Notes under the pieces: model-generated
What the model was told of the DNA's origin: nothing
The model's input: only the letters and a program-made list of their open reading frames with translations
Database searches by the model: none
Shown: one piece after another, positions 10,401 through 20,453 of the stretch
Position numbering within the stretch: the stretch's first letter is position 1
Layout: each line of letters begins with the position of its first letter
Assembly (NCBI RefSeq): GCF_963853765.1
Contig: NC_088853.1
Location: 39,060,001 to 39,124,000 of the forward strand
DNA length: 64,000 bases
Direction of reading: 5' to 3'
DNA from: Magallana gigas
Lineage: Eukaryota
Translations under genes and position numbers: made by a program

Positions 10401-11424
10401 CGCGGTTCCCCTCTGCTGGGTTGGCACCTCGATTGGGTGGGGGGTGTCTCTCTGCCCCACCTACCCCTCCATCTGACCTACGCCTATTATCCAAAGGGCA
10501 CTCCCGACGGAAGTGTCTTCTTTCACCGCACCTGTAGCACAAACTTTCCCTGGGACCCCCACTCTTACTCATAGGTGATGGGGTGGCCTCAAGCTTCCCT
10601 CCGGCCTCCCTCAGGGCCATCTCCAGTTGATACACCCGTCCTCTCAAGTCCTGCACCTCTTTACTCTCTGACAAGGCGGGGGTGTCTCTCTTCTCCCTCA
10701 GGGCTTCTTCTAGCTTCTCATCATTAGACTTCCTGTCTGCCTCCACTTCCTCTGACCAAGCGACCTCCTCTGTCAACTCCCTCACTGTCTTATGCCGGTG
10801 AGGCTTGCTGCGGCGCGAGTGTTGGTAATACTGCATTCTGTCCAATGCCTCCTCGACCGTCTTAGGGCTGCCATCCAGCGCATGCAGGCCAGCGTCAACA
10901 TCTTCCGCACCATAGCATAGGCGGGGGATAGCCTGGGTGTGAATGTCTGGCAACTGGGGGAAAGCTCGTGTGGCTAATGTGAGCACACGATCTGCCCACT
11001 CTCTCAGGGACTCACCGCTGTTCTGCGTTGCCGACTGGAAATTGAGTTGGTGGGTGAGATCCGGAGCCGAGGTACCAAAGCGCTTGTCAAACTTCTTGAG
11101 GATGTCCTTAAACCGTGGACGGGGACAGACTTCCAGTAGGAGAGTATAATACTCGCTGGCTGCGCCCTCCAGGAAAAAGCAGAACTGGTCATGTTGCTCG
11201 ACCTTGGTCCATTGCTGGCTGCGCGAGAGCCTCACGAACTTATGAAGGAACGCCTTCCAGCTGGATTTGCCATCATACCGCAGGTCCTTGTACTTCGGCT
11301 TGCTACGGGGCGCAGGTGGCCTGTCGTCGTGACTGCGTAATGTGCGGCGCGAGGTAGTGGTAACAGGGTGGGGCAAGGGCTGGGTAGGTAATGCAAAGGG
11401 TGGACGATGTTGCCGGGTCAGCAA
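7429..11424 (-). CDS. Element 1 gag-pro-pol, part 1: capsid-like gag, CCHC knuckle, aspartic protease, RT, RNase H
   Basis: YDGKSSWKAF (gag); CYRCGERRHFRREC; VADTGAEVS (protease); YRRLN, PLPLIDE, MGFGLCNAPATF, FLDD (RT); LDTDAS, ELLAVI, TDHHSL, NADALSR (RNase H). Confidence 0.95.
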   Translation of the reverse strand: MLTRQHRPPFALPTQPLPHPVTTTSRRTLRSHDDRPPAPRSKPKYKDLRYDGKSSWKAFLHKFVRLSRSQQWTKVEQHDQFCFFLEGAASEYYTLLLEVCPRPRFKDILKKFDKRFGTSAPDLTHQLNFQSATQNSGESLREWADRVLTLATRAFPQLPDIHTQAIPRLCYGAEDVDAGLHALDGSPKTVEEALDRMQYYQHSRRSKPHRHKTVRELTEEVAWSEEVEADRKSNDEKLEEALREKRDTPALSESKEVQDLRGRVYQLEMALREAGGKLEATPSPMSKSGGPRESLCYRCGERRHFRRECPLDNRRRSDGGVGGAERHPPPNRGANPAEGNRGGPRFRNRSSSENRPSGAVRMLTPDRNTEAGRHPVDDRVQGQPTEKSSCDKQAAEARSCMKSGKARSGLKVRFERSKSPDLFSDDEPVVPGRGFSTPTDQSPERVADFSVEIAEFRETEVEVMEDIEEDWMPQSSETAGEVEDLCVVVGQVRPQTSYSVPLRIQGLSIEAVADTGAEVSVLGKMFYDQLEQKPPIKRHVTLLQAGHGARLKGFVAGPFDFRVGQRTLKVDLYVAPLKDQMLLGMDIMRDHGAQLDLRHGILILGGETIQMTYGRGNARTEANVTLVRKVRVPAGSVVMCPLRLERRLSDYLVVPRIEDLSDALIMPHTYHAAGEASLACLVHASGKDVSLEEGSVIGEAVEAEPYVPVPYLMREVRNMAESGTEGTPPEVPTHLQDLLERSSAELSDEERSQLASLLSEFQDVFARSEFDFGNFTALEHEIDTADAPPVKERMRRTPVFFAGEEEAHLKKMLDAGVIQPSMSEWASAPVLIRKKDGQVRWCLGYRRLNNVTRKDVFPLPLIDECLDTLSGNVWFSKLDANSAFHQIMISPKDRKKTASITRYGLFEFRRMGFGLCNAPATFSRAMNLVLRGLTWSIVLAFLDDALVLGSDFDYHLAILRQVFKRFRDYDLKFKPKKCELFRRRVEFLGRQVSGTGVEMGDEYIEAVKHWETPTNVKEVERFLGFANYHRGFIAGFAQMAHPLYNITGKKPFVWGPEQQTAFENLRRALTSPPVLALPTANYQFVLDTDASAEAIGAELCQVQEGQERTIAYGSLTLSAEQKKYCTTRKELLAVIRFTRMYRHYLLGRRFIVRTDHHSLIWLLNFRYPQDQLARWLEELSQYNMVIQHRPGKRHVNADALSRPTMSSRCQGVDFAVNLSDLPCGGCRKCTRAHQLWNVFTDEVDDVAPLARPGSWIYSPLLEDELEGTVDGRASGEAQPSVSEIALGYVSGGILGRTGGFPILRLTLRARVARMDLVGPISGSAGTLSSLA

Positions 11425-12422
11425 ACTGGGCGGCCCATCGGGGGCCTGGGTTCTCCCGTAATCAGGTGAAGGGTCCGGTCCCTGGGTGGGGGGCCATTGG
11501 GTTGCTGTTGGGCATGAGCATGTATGCTAGGATTAAGAAAGTGTACCCCGGTCTCCCTGGGAGAGGACTCGTTCATTTGTGGGTAAACCTGAGCTACTCT
11601 ACCTCCCCCCTCCTGTCTAAAATAATAAGGCTGGGGCGGCACCACAGGTGCAGGGGCAGGATAACCAAGGCTGCTAGATGGAGGTACGAACAGGCCCCAG
11701 GGGGTGCCATCAGGGCTAACTACAGTTTGATAGCCCGGGAAGGGGTAGGGCGTGGTATGTGCATAGCCTGGGTCGACATGTGACTGGTGTAATTGCCCCG
11801 AGGTGGAAGTCCCCCCACTAGATGTCACTACAATCTGTCCCTGGGTCGTAGAGGTCTGCGTTGTAGAGCCCTGCAACTGCAAATCAGTGAGCTGGGCCGA
11901 ACTAGGAGCTACATAATTGTTCCCCGAAAACGGATTCGTCAGGACTGAGGAGGCCCCCAGGTGACTGGCATGCTGACCCCCCAAGGGCTGGGGTGCGGGG
12001 CCTGTGGCCCCAGCAGGAGAGGGGTGGGGCTGCTGACCAGGGGTGGGTGGGGAATCGAAGACCAGGGACTGGGGTGCCAGTACATGACTGGCTGAAGATA
12101 CCGGCTGAGGCAAAATAACAGGATCCCTGGACTCAAGTGTAGCCTTAGCACTATGGCCTGGTGGGGATTTCCCAGGGGTAGGGGCCACATAAGAACCGCG
12201 TGAGATGGGGTCCCCATATATAGCACTGGGTGGGACAAAGTCATAATCCCCCACCGGCGAACTGCATCTTATTACAGACCCCTGACTAACACACGAATGT
12301 ACTTCACTAGGGACCTGAAACTGTGCTGGCCTAATATAACTGTCACCCTGGGTACTACCAACCCCCCTCCCCTGACGGTTGGGCAACGCAGTTTCACCCC
12401 GAAGGTACCCCGTACTACTCAC
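11418..12422 (-). CDS. Element 1 Pro/Ser/Gly/Thr-rich ORF, probably the disordered N-terminal extension of gag
   Basis: 334 open codons that overlap both neighbouring ORFs in the -1 frame; no early ATG (the track start is GTG). Confidence 0.55.
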   Translation of the reverse strand: MSSTGYLRGETALPNRQGRGVGSTQGDSYIRPAQFQVPSEVHSCVSQGSVIRCSSPVGDYDFVPPSAIYGDPISRGSYVAPTPGKSPPGHSAKATLESRDPVILPQPVSSASHVLAPQSLVFDSPPTPGQQPHPSPAGATGPAPQPLGGQHASHLGASSVLTNPFSGNNYVAPSSAQLTDLQLQGSTTQTSTTQGQIVVTSSGGTSTSGQLHQSHVDPGYAHTTPYPFPGYQTVVSPDGTPWGLFVPPSSSLGYPAPAPVVPPQPYYFRQEGGGRVAQVYPQMNESSPRETGVHFLNPSIHAHAQQQPNGPPPRDRTLHLITGEPRPPMGRPVC

Positions 12423-12649
12423 CGGGGGGTGACTTCCTCGCTGTCTGAAGCAGAGTACATGTGCTCTCTCACCGATGATCTAGGAGTGTAAAGGTGCTCA
12501 TCCTCTTCATCACTTAGCCAACCATAACTATGCTTGCGAGACGAGCGCCCAATTTGAACAGAAGGTTCCCCCATGGGCGTTATGGTGTCATCGCTATCAC
12601 TTTCGCTAAGCCCTAACGCTGCAAAGGCATTCTCTAAAGAATCGTTCAT
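12423..12649 (-). CDS. Element 1 leader ORF / predicted first coding exon (MNDSLENAF...EEVTPR)
   Basis: First internal ATG I found after the leader (aaaATGa, 12649). The ORF ends at CG|GTGAGT: its TGA stop lies inside a consensus splice donor (intron start 12422, phase 2). Confidence 0.6.
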
Positions 12650-12945
12650 TTTCAAAATGGCGCACACCGGAGCACGTGGCCAAGACAGAAAAATAGTGCA
12701 AAGATAAATGCAAAATATAAAAGTATGATGCAAAAACAACGTTGCCTAAACAAATAAAAGAATCCTACTCTAAGCTAGCAATACTATCATAGAATGCTAT
12801 ATGTTCAATAAGTTTAACCACGCGGAGCCCCCAAAAATGGCGGCTACACACGTTTATTTTGAAAAATTTGACTCAAGAAGAAAAAAATTCTGACAGACTA
12901 CGGGAAAAAAAATTTCCTTTCACTAAATCGGAGTTCGGGCCTCGA

Positions 12946-12956
12946 GTTGGGCGCCA
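12946..12956 (-). other. Primer binding site of element 1 (tRNA-Lys type)
   Basis: TGGCGCCCAAC one nt after the 5' LTR; matches the first 11 nt of the tRNA-Lys(CUU)-type PBS TGGCGCCCAACGTGGGGC. Confidence 0.85.
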
Positions 12957-12957
12957 A

Positions 12958-13161
12958 TATAGTGTTTTTACACCTATATCATAAGTGGGTTGCCCCGAAC
13001 TTACCGATACATAGCTGATTTGGTCTGTATTGGAATACGGCTTGTTCTCGTTTAGGCTGCAGTCCAAAGTGATCGGGGTCTTCACCACGGGCTCCCGCCA
13101 GGTGACGTCACAGCCCGTCATCATAGGTAACTCGTCCTTGGAGTAGTCGACAACCTCTACA
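12958..13161 (-). repeat. 5' LTR of element 1
   Basis: Direct repeat of 4106-4309, followed by TSD TATG. Confidence 0.95.
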
Positions 13162-13359
13162 TATGTTTCAAATTTGGCCTCAATATATAGCCATTTAAAG
13201 AGTTTCAGATACATTTAATTGATATGTTAGTTTTTTTAAAGAGTTGACTGAATAACATATATATATATATATTTCACCTATCTGTTTGACATTTATGGTG
13301 CAAGACGTCAGAATAGACGCTCTTTGAATAATGCAATCAATATCAGTCGAATATTATTT

Positions 13360-14250
13360 TTAGGTCACCTGAGTAGAATGTAAAACCTCTTCTTATAAAC
13401 TACAAGGCTAATTGTTATCATTTTTGGTTTGAGGTATATCTATGGTAAGGGAATCTAAATTGTGAAATTCAAAAATTTACAAAAATCTTCTTCTCTACTT
13501 TCACACAAGAAGGGAAAAACTGGTTGTATGGTTATATTGTCCATGGAACTCTCTACCGAAATGATGAAATTCTTGGCCCCAGGGTCAGGAATTCTAGCTC
13601 TAGGATGAGGCCAAAATGGCCATGAAGTAGAAATATAATAGGTCTTAGAACATCTTTTCTACTCCCATATATATTTGTTGAAAACCAAATGCATGGTTAT
13701 GATGTCCATGAAACCCTCTACAAAAATGGTAAAATTCATGACCCCAGGGTCAGGGGTTCAGACTATATGGCCATATAGTAAAAATGATTATGATGTCCAT
13801 GAAGCCCTCTACCAAAATTGTGAAACTCATGACCCCTGTGCTATGGTTTCAGGCTCTAGGGTGGGGCCACTATGGTAATACGGTAAACATGTATTATATC
13901 TTAAAAACCGTCTTCTTTACTCCCAAACATGTGGGCAAAAAACTGAATACATGGTTATAATGTTCACTTACTTCCTTACCTAAATTGTGGAATTCATGAC
14001 CCCTGGATCAGGGGTTCAAGACATGAGGGGGGGGGGGGGTCAATATTGGAATATAGTGTTAATACATATAATGTTTTAAAATATTCTCTATTCTCACACA
14101 TCTGTATGAAAAACTGACTTCATAGTTATGTTTACCAGGAAGTCCTCTACTGAAATTTTGAATTTCGTGTCCCCTGGAGTATGGGTTTTGACTATAAGGC
14201 AGGGCCAAAATGGATGTATAGGTGTTCATGCAAATAATGTTTAAAAAATC
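13360..14250. mobile_element. Degenerate Helentron-like element with roughly 170-185-bp internal repeats
   Basis: Starts taggtcacctgagt; motif catgacccc(a/t)gg(g/a)tcaggggttc recurs near 13550, 13735, 13825, 13995 and 14165. Confidence 0.5.
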
Positions 14251-14817
14251 ATCTTCTCTAAAGATTTCAGGCAGAAAAGTGGTCGTCAATACTAATACAA
14301 ATTTGTCTACTCCAGAATGTTGTTTAAGAATAATTATCAATGGTACTACAATTAACATCAATATAACAATACCACTTTTGCATCAAATTCAACAAACTAC
14401 AAATCATTCAACATGAATTTACCTTGCATGCGGTATAATTAATAGATAAATGCATCATTAAGATCATATACCCGTTTATCTCAAGGATATCCAATGCATC
14501 ACTTTAAAATGTCCATCTTTTCAAAAGAAACATATACTAGTATGTGCCCTCAATAACTTTTAAGCAATAAATCTAGCTCATTGAAATAAAATTGTTACTA
14601 TATGGGTAAAAAATGCAATTATGTAAAAAAGAATGTAATGGCTAGATACTATTCATTATTATTGTTGTTGGGTTTTTTTTATTGCCATCAAATATGTTCA
14701 CAATTGTTTATAGATATGGGAAAAAATGTGGCTTAAATAGTTGAACACCTATTATGAGCAAACTGTGATACCACGTTACCAATACCAAGTATGTGCAAAT
14801 GTAAATTTTAAAAGTGT

Positions 14818-16250
14818 TTATTCTTCTACGGTGCTGTCCTCGCTGTCAGATACGTCTATTGGTTCTGGAACGTTGGCTGCGTCTTGAACATAGACCACCA
14901 AGTTCCTAACCTCAATATTCAAAGAGTCCAGTATGTGTCTGGCATACCCGAGATACCACAGGACGGACGCAACGTGAGCACACACACCGACCACTCTCGC
15001 CCTGGTGCAGTCTTACACAGACAATACCATGCCGTAACCTGAATCAAAGGGAACAGCAAACAGGCAATAGGTTTTTAAACTCTGTGTGATTCTAATTACT
15101 TTACTATCAAATAAACAGTTCACACCATACCACAACTTCGTCGTAAAATATCCACAATACATGTGCTTTTGAAGACATGTGTCTGCTCTGCATCCTAACT
15201 TTTAGAAGTTGTGGATCTTCTTTATGAACGAGGATGTCGTGGTTTCCGTCAAGGTGCTCTTGGATGAAGCACCTTGAGAGTTTAAGCTGGGGTAGGAGCC
15301 ACACGTCATCTCACGTAGCTGTTCCTCGGTCATTTTCGGGAAATCATCGATGGTTGAAGCATCTCTCCACATCGAGGATTTCCTACTGTGCAAGCTCTCT
15401 GCCTCCACTCGCTCTTTCAGCTGATTGACCTGACGACTAAGGTGCAACATTTTAGCCGCCACTGCAACATCGTCGTAATGGGCTATTTAGAAACAATCAA
15501 AATAATTTAACTGATATGTCACTTTATTACAACGGTGGAAAAGTTCATGTAAAAAAGCATAATGCATATGCGCGAAACCAGAAATTGTTCCCGGGAAGGG
15601 GGTGTACAGGGGGAGGGGGGCATACATGGCCAATTTTCCGTTACAAGTACTTTATTGTGTGAATTGAACAAGTCTGAATTTATACAAGGCAATTATAGTT
15701 ACGCGCCGCACATAATGCATATGTTATTTTAAATACCTGGTGATAGTAGACGTAAGAAATGGCGCAGATAATCTTTATGTAGTCTTCAATGTAAGGGACT
15801 GTGTTTGTTGGGAGGACTTTGTCAAGGTACTTCCACCTCTTTATTCGGGCATTCGCCGACTCCACTAGCCATCGCAACTTTAATTGAAAATATAAACAAT
15901 ATTACAATATAACTGTTTAATAATTATGGTCATACATTTTAACACTTTTAATTAAATATGTCATTCATTAACAAAAATAGCCTCATGAATTTAAGAACAA
16001 CAATCTACCAAAGCTGAATTTTGATACTAGTATAATCTAATCTTAGCAGATTTAAACATAAAAAAAACTTAAGTTACCTTTGTAACCAAACGACTAGCAT
16101 TAGCATCTTCTGTCGACAGTTGCTTATCCCCTCGTTTCATGAAACATAGCCTTTCTGATTTGATCCCCATATCCTCCAGTACACGTATCAAATACCGATA
16201 CATGTAGATGTCATCATTTCGCAAATATTTAGGGGCCCAGTATGAACAAT
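14818..16250 (-). pseudogene. Decayed intron-containing DDE_Tnp_4-family (PIF/Harbinger-ISL2EU group) transposase with C-terminal SWIM finger
   Basis: Four exon blocks: ~16250-16078 (LEDMGIK...KRGDKQLSTEDANASRLVTK), 15877-15737 (RWLVESANARIKRWKYL), 15482-15131 (FPKMTEEQLREMTCGSY...QSRH), 15038-14818 (WYCLCK..GARVVGVCAHVASVLWYLGYARH). Most boundaries are GT-AG; frameshifts are present. Confidence 0.8.
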
Positions 16251-17339
16251 TAAATAGTTATTATTCATCGATAAGAATATCAACTTTTAGATTTTACATC
16301 TGCGACACATAGTTTATTAAATTACATCTAGCTATTCGTATATTTCATCATTACGGAATCAATTCTGGATAATCACAAAACATTGTGTAACATTTTTAGC
16401 TTTATATCAGGACAGGATTACACTGTCGGTTAAGGTAATTAAACTGATTATCATAATATCAAATAGAGTGAGTGGTTTATTAGTTTTCTGCTTGTAATTT
16501 TATTCATGTTTGTCAGATATGTCATCTTGTTTTTGAAGAGGCAAACTTTTTGACAAGCAATTAAGGATTCAAATTAATAAAAAAAAAATCACTGATTCAC
16601 AAAATCCGAATCACCGAAGTGGGGAAGGGGGGGGGGGGGGGGGTTGGTGGTTGCAATACTTGTACTTTCATAAAACATCAAATGCATTGATGCATGCGCG
16701 TATCTAGAGTTGGAGGGTCCAGACCCTCCCCTGGAAATTCAAATGTATTGATTTCACTAAAGGGAAATTATCATAAATATGTTTCAGACCCCTTCCACCC
16801 CACCCGCGGAAAACAAAGATATCTCCAGAAAAAAAATATGGATTCAGGTAATTTTACTTTCATCACCTTCAGTACAATTATCAAAGTATTGGGGGCACCT
16901 TTAAAAATAATTTTACAATATATAGATTTAAAAATAAATATTAACTGCGTGAGAAAGAGGGAAAGCATAGTCTACGCCACTAGCCTAGGCCTGTTATACA
17001 ATCATAGGAATTTTATTTCAATGAGTTCATTTTGACTTTAATTATATCATAATAGATTTGTAATTTTGTACAATCCGTTTCGGGTTTTTTTTTGTTCCGA
17101 TTTTTGCCTTTGTTTCGTTTTTTTAGTACATGTAGCCATTTGACATTACCCGGATGTTATATATCGGATATCGGCATTGCTGTGGGGCCAATATGTATAC
17201 CTTTTGTCAATCAACACCTCGTCTACAATGGACACACATGTTGCATAGTAATTCCAATCCGATATAATAGCAAACTGTTTGATTGCCAATGTGTATGACA
17301 CCATAGAGTCAGATCGTCGTGATTGCGCAATGTTGAGAA

Positions 17340-17930
17340 CTAGAGAACTGTCTGGAGTGTTTAATTCCAGGCCACCTATGCCTAGATACAATCACACTTG
17401 GGATGTAGATATTGTACATAAATATATAATTTCTTTAGGGCTTTGCAAATATTTAGGGTAAAAGTTGTTAACTTTGAAAGTAACCAGCCTTACGGCATTG
17501 TCAACAGCTTATAAGTCATCGCAGCTGTACCATTAAGAACTGAAATTTATGCAAATTTCCCCAAACAGAATTGTGTTTAAAATAGTTCAACTGACTAAAA
17601 CACGAAAAGTGGAAATTTAACCTGTTAAATTGATATTCAAGTAATATGAAAATGAACGACTTGATGTCAAAAAACACCTTATGCAATATTTTAAAATCAC
17701 AGAACCCAATAAAAATAGAGAAAATAAATTTGCCCCCATAAGCCCGTTAGGTCCTGTACAATTGCTTAATAGTTAAAAACAGTATTGGGAAATGCAGGTA
17801 TTGATACAAGCATTTTTAAAGCACATTCTACAAGAGGGGCCAGTACTTCTAAAGCAAATAAGCTCGGATTGTCGGTCAAGCAAATTATCGACAAACTGTA
17901 AATACATTTTACAATAAACCAATTGAAAAC
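17340..17930 (+). pseudogene. DIRS-type tyrosine recombinase remnant
   Basis: GVFNSRPPMPRYNHTWDVDIV, LTLKVTSLTAL and AGIDTS..KAHSTRGASTSKA (H-x-x-R box) in broken frames. Confidence 0.8.
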
Positions 17931-18879
17931 AAGTGAAAGTTTTCTAATTCAGTTCTGAAAGTAAAAGGAAATTTAAATCTAAAACATATCAGGCTTTAAA
18001 TATACATTGTTATACCTTACTTCAGTTTTATGAGATAAAATTGAAAAAAAAAATTAAGTACGCTTTAGCGCATGCAATGACATTAACATTTTATGAATAA
18101 AACTGAAGTAAGGTATAAGCCCCCCACCCTCCTCACCCCAAGGGCTCATGCTTACTTCAGGTGTCGGGTCCTAGTAAGTTTCATGGAAGAGTGTGGCTGA
18201 TTGATGCCCTTTTCTTCACACCAAATTTTTAATTATTTGTTAATTAGCATAATATTTGAAAATCTGATCCAGTCACAGTTTTTTTCCTTTTCCAGTGAAA
18301 TGCGTTGACCCTGGTTTCTCCTGTTTTTTGATGTTACAAACATTGCTCCCTCCTTCACAACTAGAGCTTATCAGGTTTGCTAACTCCTGTTTTCTTTAAT
18401 TATTAAAGTACTATTGAAAAACGTGCCCACACACCCCAAGTATCCACCCCATTGGCCCCTAATCAATTTTAAATAGATATAATGAATCCCACTTTTGTGC
18501 GAACATTACATGTATGTAGTCCTACATGTAGATAAATAATAACAATGCCACCTTGCGACATGACTTATTGTAAGAGGAAATGCATTAATTAGAAAAATAT
18601 ATGTAAATTTAAAAGAACAAATTAAATATATGACACAAGTTTTCTTACCACCACCAGAAAGTCAACACAAATAATAATGATAATTTAGATTCATTTAGTG
18701 AAATTCATTTTTATGTAAGCATACATAAACGATCCGTATACATCATGACACTTAGCTGAATATCTATCAATCTGTAAACTGCTCTGATGAACAATTCCAG
18801 CTGCATGTCGTATGTCAACACATAGTAGTAGATACCCGTAGTTGTTTTTTTTTTCAAATACTACAATATTAGTGTAAGA

Positions 18880-18890
18880 CAGAGAGAGCG

Positions 18891-18921
<31 letters not shown>

Positions 18922-19010
18922 TACAAAGAGAGAGGGAGAGAGATATATATATTATAGAAATAGGAAAAATATGAGAGACCAAAAAGAGAGAGAGAGAGAG
19001 AGAGCCACAG
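18880..19010. repeat. Interrupted (AG)n microsatellite
   Basis: Visible agagag runs. Confidence 0.9.
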
Positions 19011-20321
19011 AGTGACAAAGAGAAATATTTTTAATATCTGTGCTACATGTATCGATACAGTTGCGTGTATGTATTGCAATACTCCTTCTGTTTGATTTGC
19101 TACAATGTAATTTAACAAGTTTATATTTAAATTGCAATCATTGTACCATAAAAAAAATGAATTGTATTTAAAGATAGTAAATTATCATCTTTGTATCAAA
19201 TTTAGCAAGATTCGTGGCTTTAGTACAAGGGTTGGGGGTCAACTACTCTAAATTTTAACTAATTACATGTAGTTTGAAATCGAACGATATTTTAATAAAT
19301 TACTTACTTACTCCATTTTTGTAATGCAATTAAATCCATTTAATTACTTTGAGACATGGAATTAAATACATATTAATTACCTCATAGTTTTTTTTTTTGT
19401 TTTTTTTTTTGCTTTTGTTATTAATTTTAAGAATGAAAACATTTATAAACAGCATCGAGATACACTTGTATACACGGTAATACATTTGAAGGTTTGCTTT
19501 CAATTTGACCACCATTTCTTGATTTTGCTATAATATTTCAAGACACGTAATTTTAAATGAACAATAAATTTAACCAGTATCATTAAGTTCAAGTTTTATT
19601 CGGAAGTTAACTTTTCTCAAGTAATTGTTTATTCAATATCTTTATCATTGTGTATTACACATTATGTAGAAAGGGTTCATAGCTGAACATAATTAGGCCT
19701 TTACGCAATGTCTAAGGTACTTTGAAATACCGTATAAACATATGAAACATTTTTAGACATGTTTTTATTGCAACATCACAAACCGATCTCAAACAGGTAT
19801 GCAAACGACACATTATTATAAGACACCTTTTCTTCATCCTCTAACTAAAAAAATTAAATTAGGTGTAATCTAAAATTGATTTAAGAAATGTTCACAAATT
19901 ATATTTTTAGAATGTATTTAAATACATTCAATTTATTGTTATTAAAGGCAAAATCAATTACCATGTAGTATCAATTATATCAAAAAATGTATTATTTATG
20001 CTTAATTAGTTTGTTTTTCAAGTACATGTAACCCATCCCTGATATATACGTCAATATTTCCTTATTTTTATTTCAAAAACATTTCACATACTTCACATAT
20101 TGAAATCGTGTACTTCTAATACACGATAAACAAGGAAACACTTAAAGTTTATGGAAAACAGAAAAGAAAAAACCCTCCGGAAATGAATATGTATAATTTA
20201 TAATGTTTTCATACAAATTACAGCCAGCAGGAAATTGTTCTATTTAGTTATTGCAAGCAATGACCTTTATACATCACGGAATTTAATAATTAAGTGGCTG
20301 CAATTGTGTCATAAGTAATTA

Positions 20322-20401
20322 ATCTCTCTCTCTCTCTCTCTCTCTTTCTCTGCTTGCAGACCTTATTAATATATTCTATTGTTAACTTTAGTGCGGTATC
20401 C

Positions 20402-20450
<49 letters not shown>
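20322..20450. repeat. Two (CT)n microsatellites within a local ~80-bp duplication
   Basis: Both runs are followed by tgcttgcag(a/g)cctt(a/c)t(t/a)aatatattctattgttaa. Confidence 0.85.

Positions 20451-20453
<3 letters not shown>

Larger units (their letters stand above)
4106..13161 (-). mobile_element. Ty3/Gypsy LTR retrotransposon (element 1), full length, frameshifted
   Basis: 204-bp direct LTRs (4106-4309, 12958-13161) with 3 mismatches; 4-bp TSD TATG at 4102-4105 and 13162-13165; PBS and PPT present; domain order gag, zinc knuckle, protease, RT, RNase H, integrase. Confidence 0.97.

Noticed and set aside
4625-11783. Many plus-strand and alternative-frame ORFs inside element 1 (and at 51339-56802 in element 2)
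   Set aside because: Shadow ORFs expected opposite GC-rich coding sequence; no recognisable motifs.
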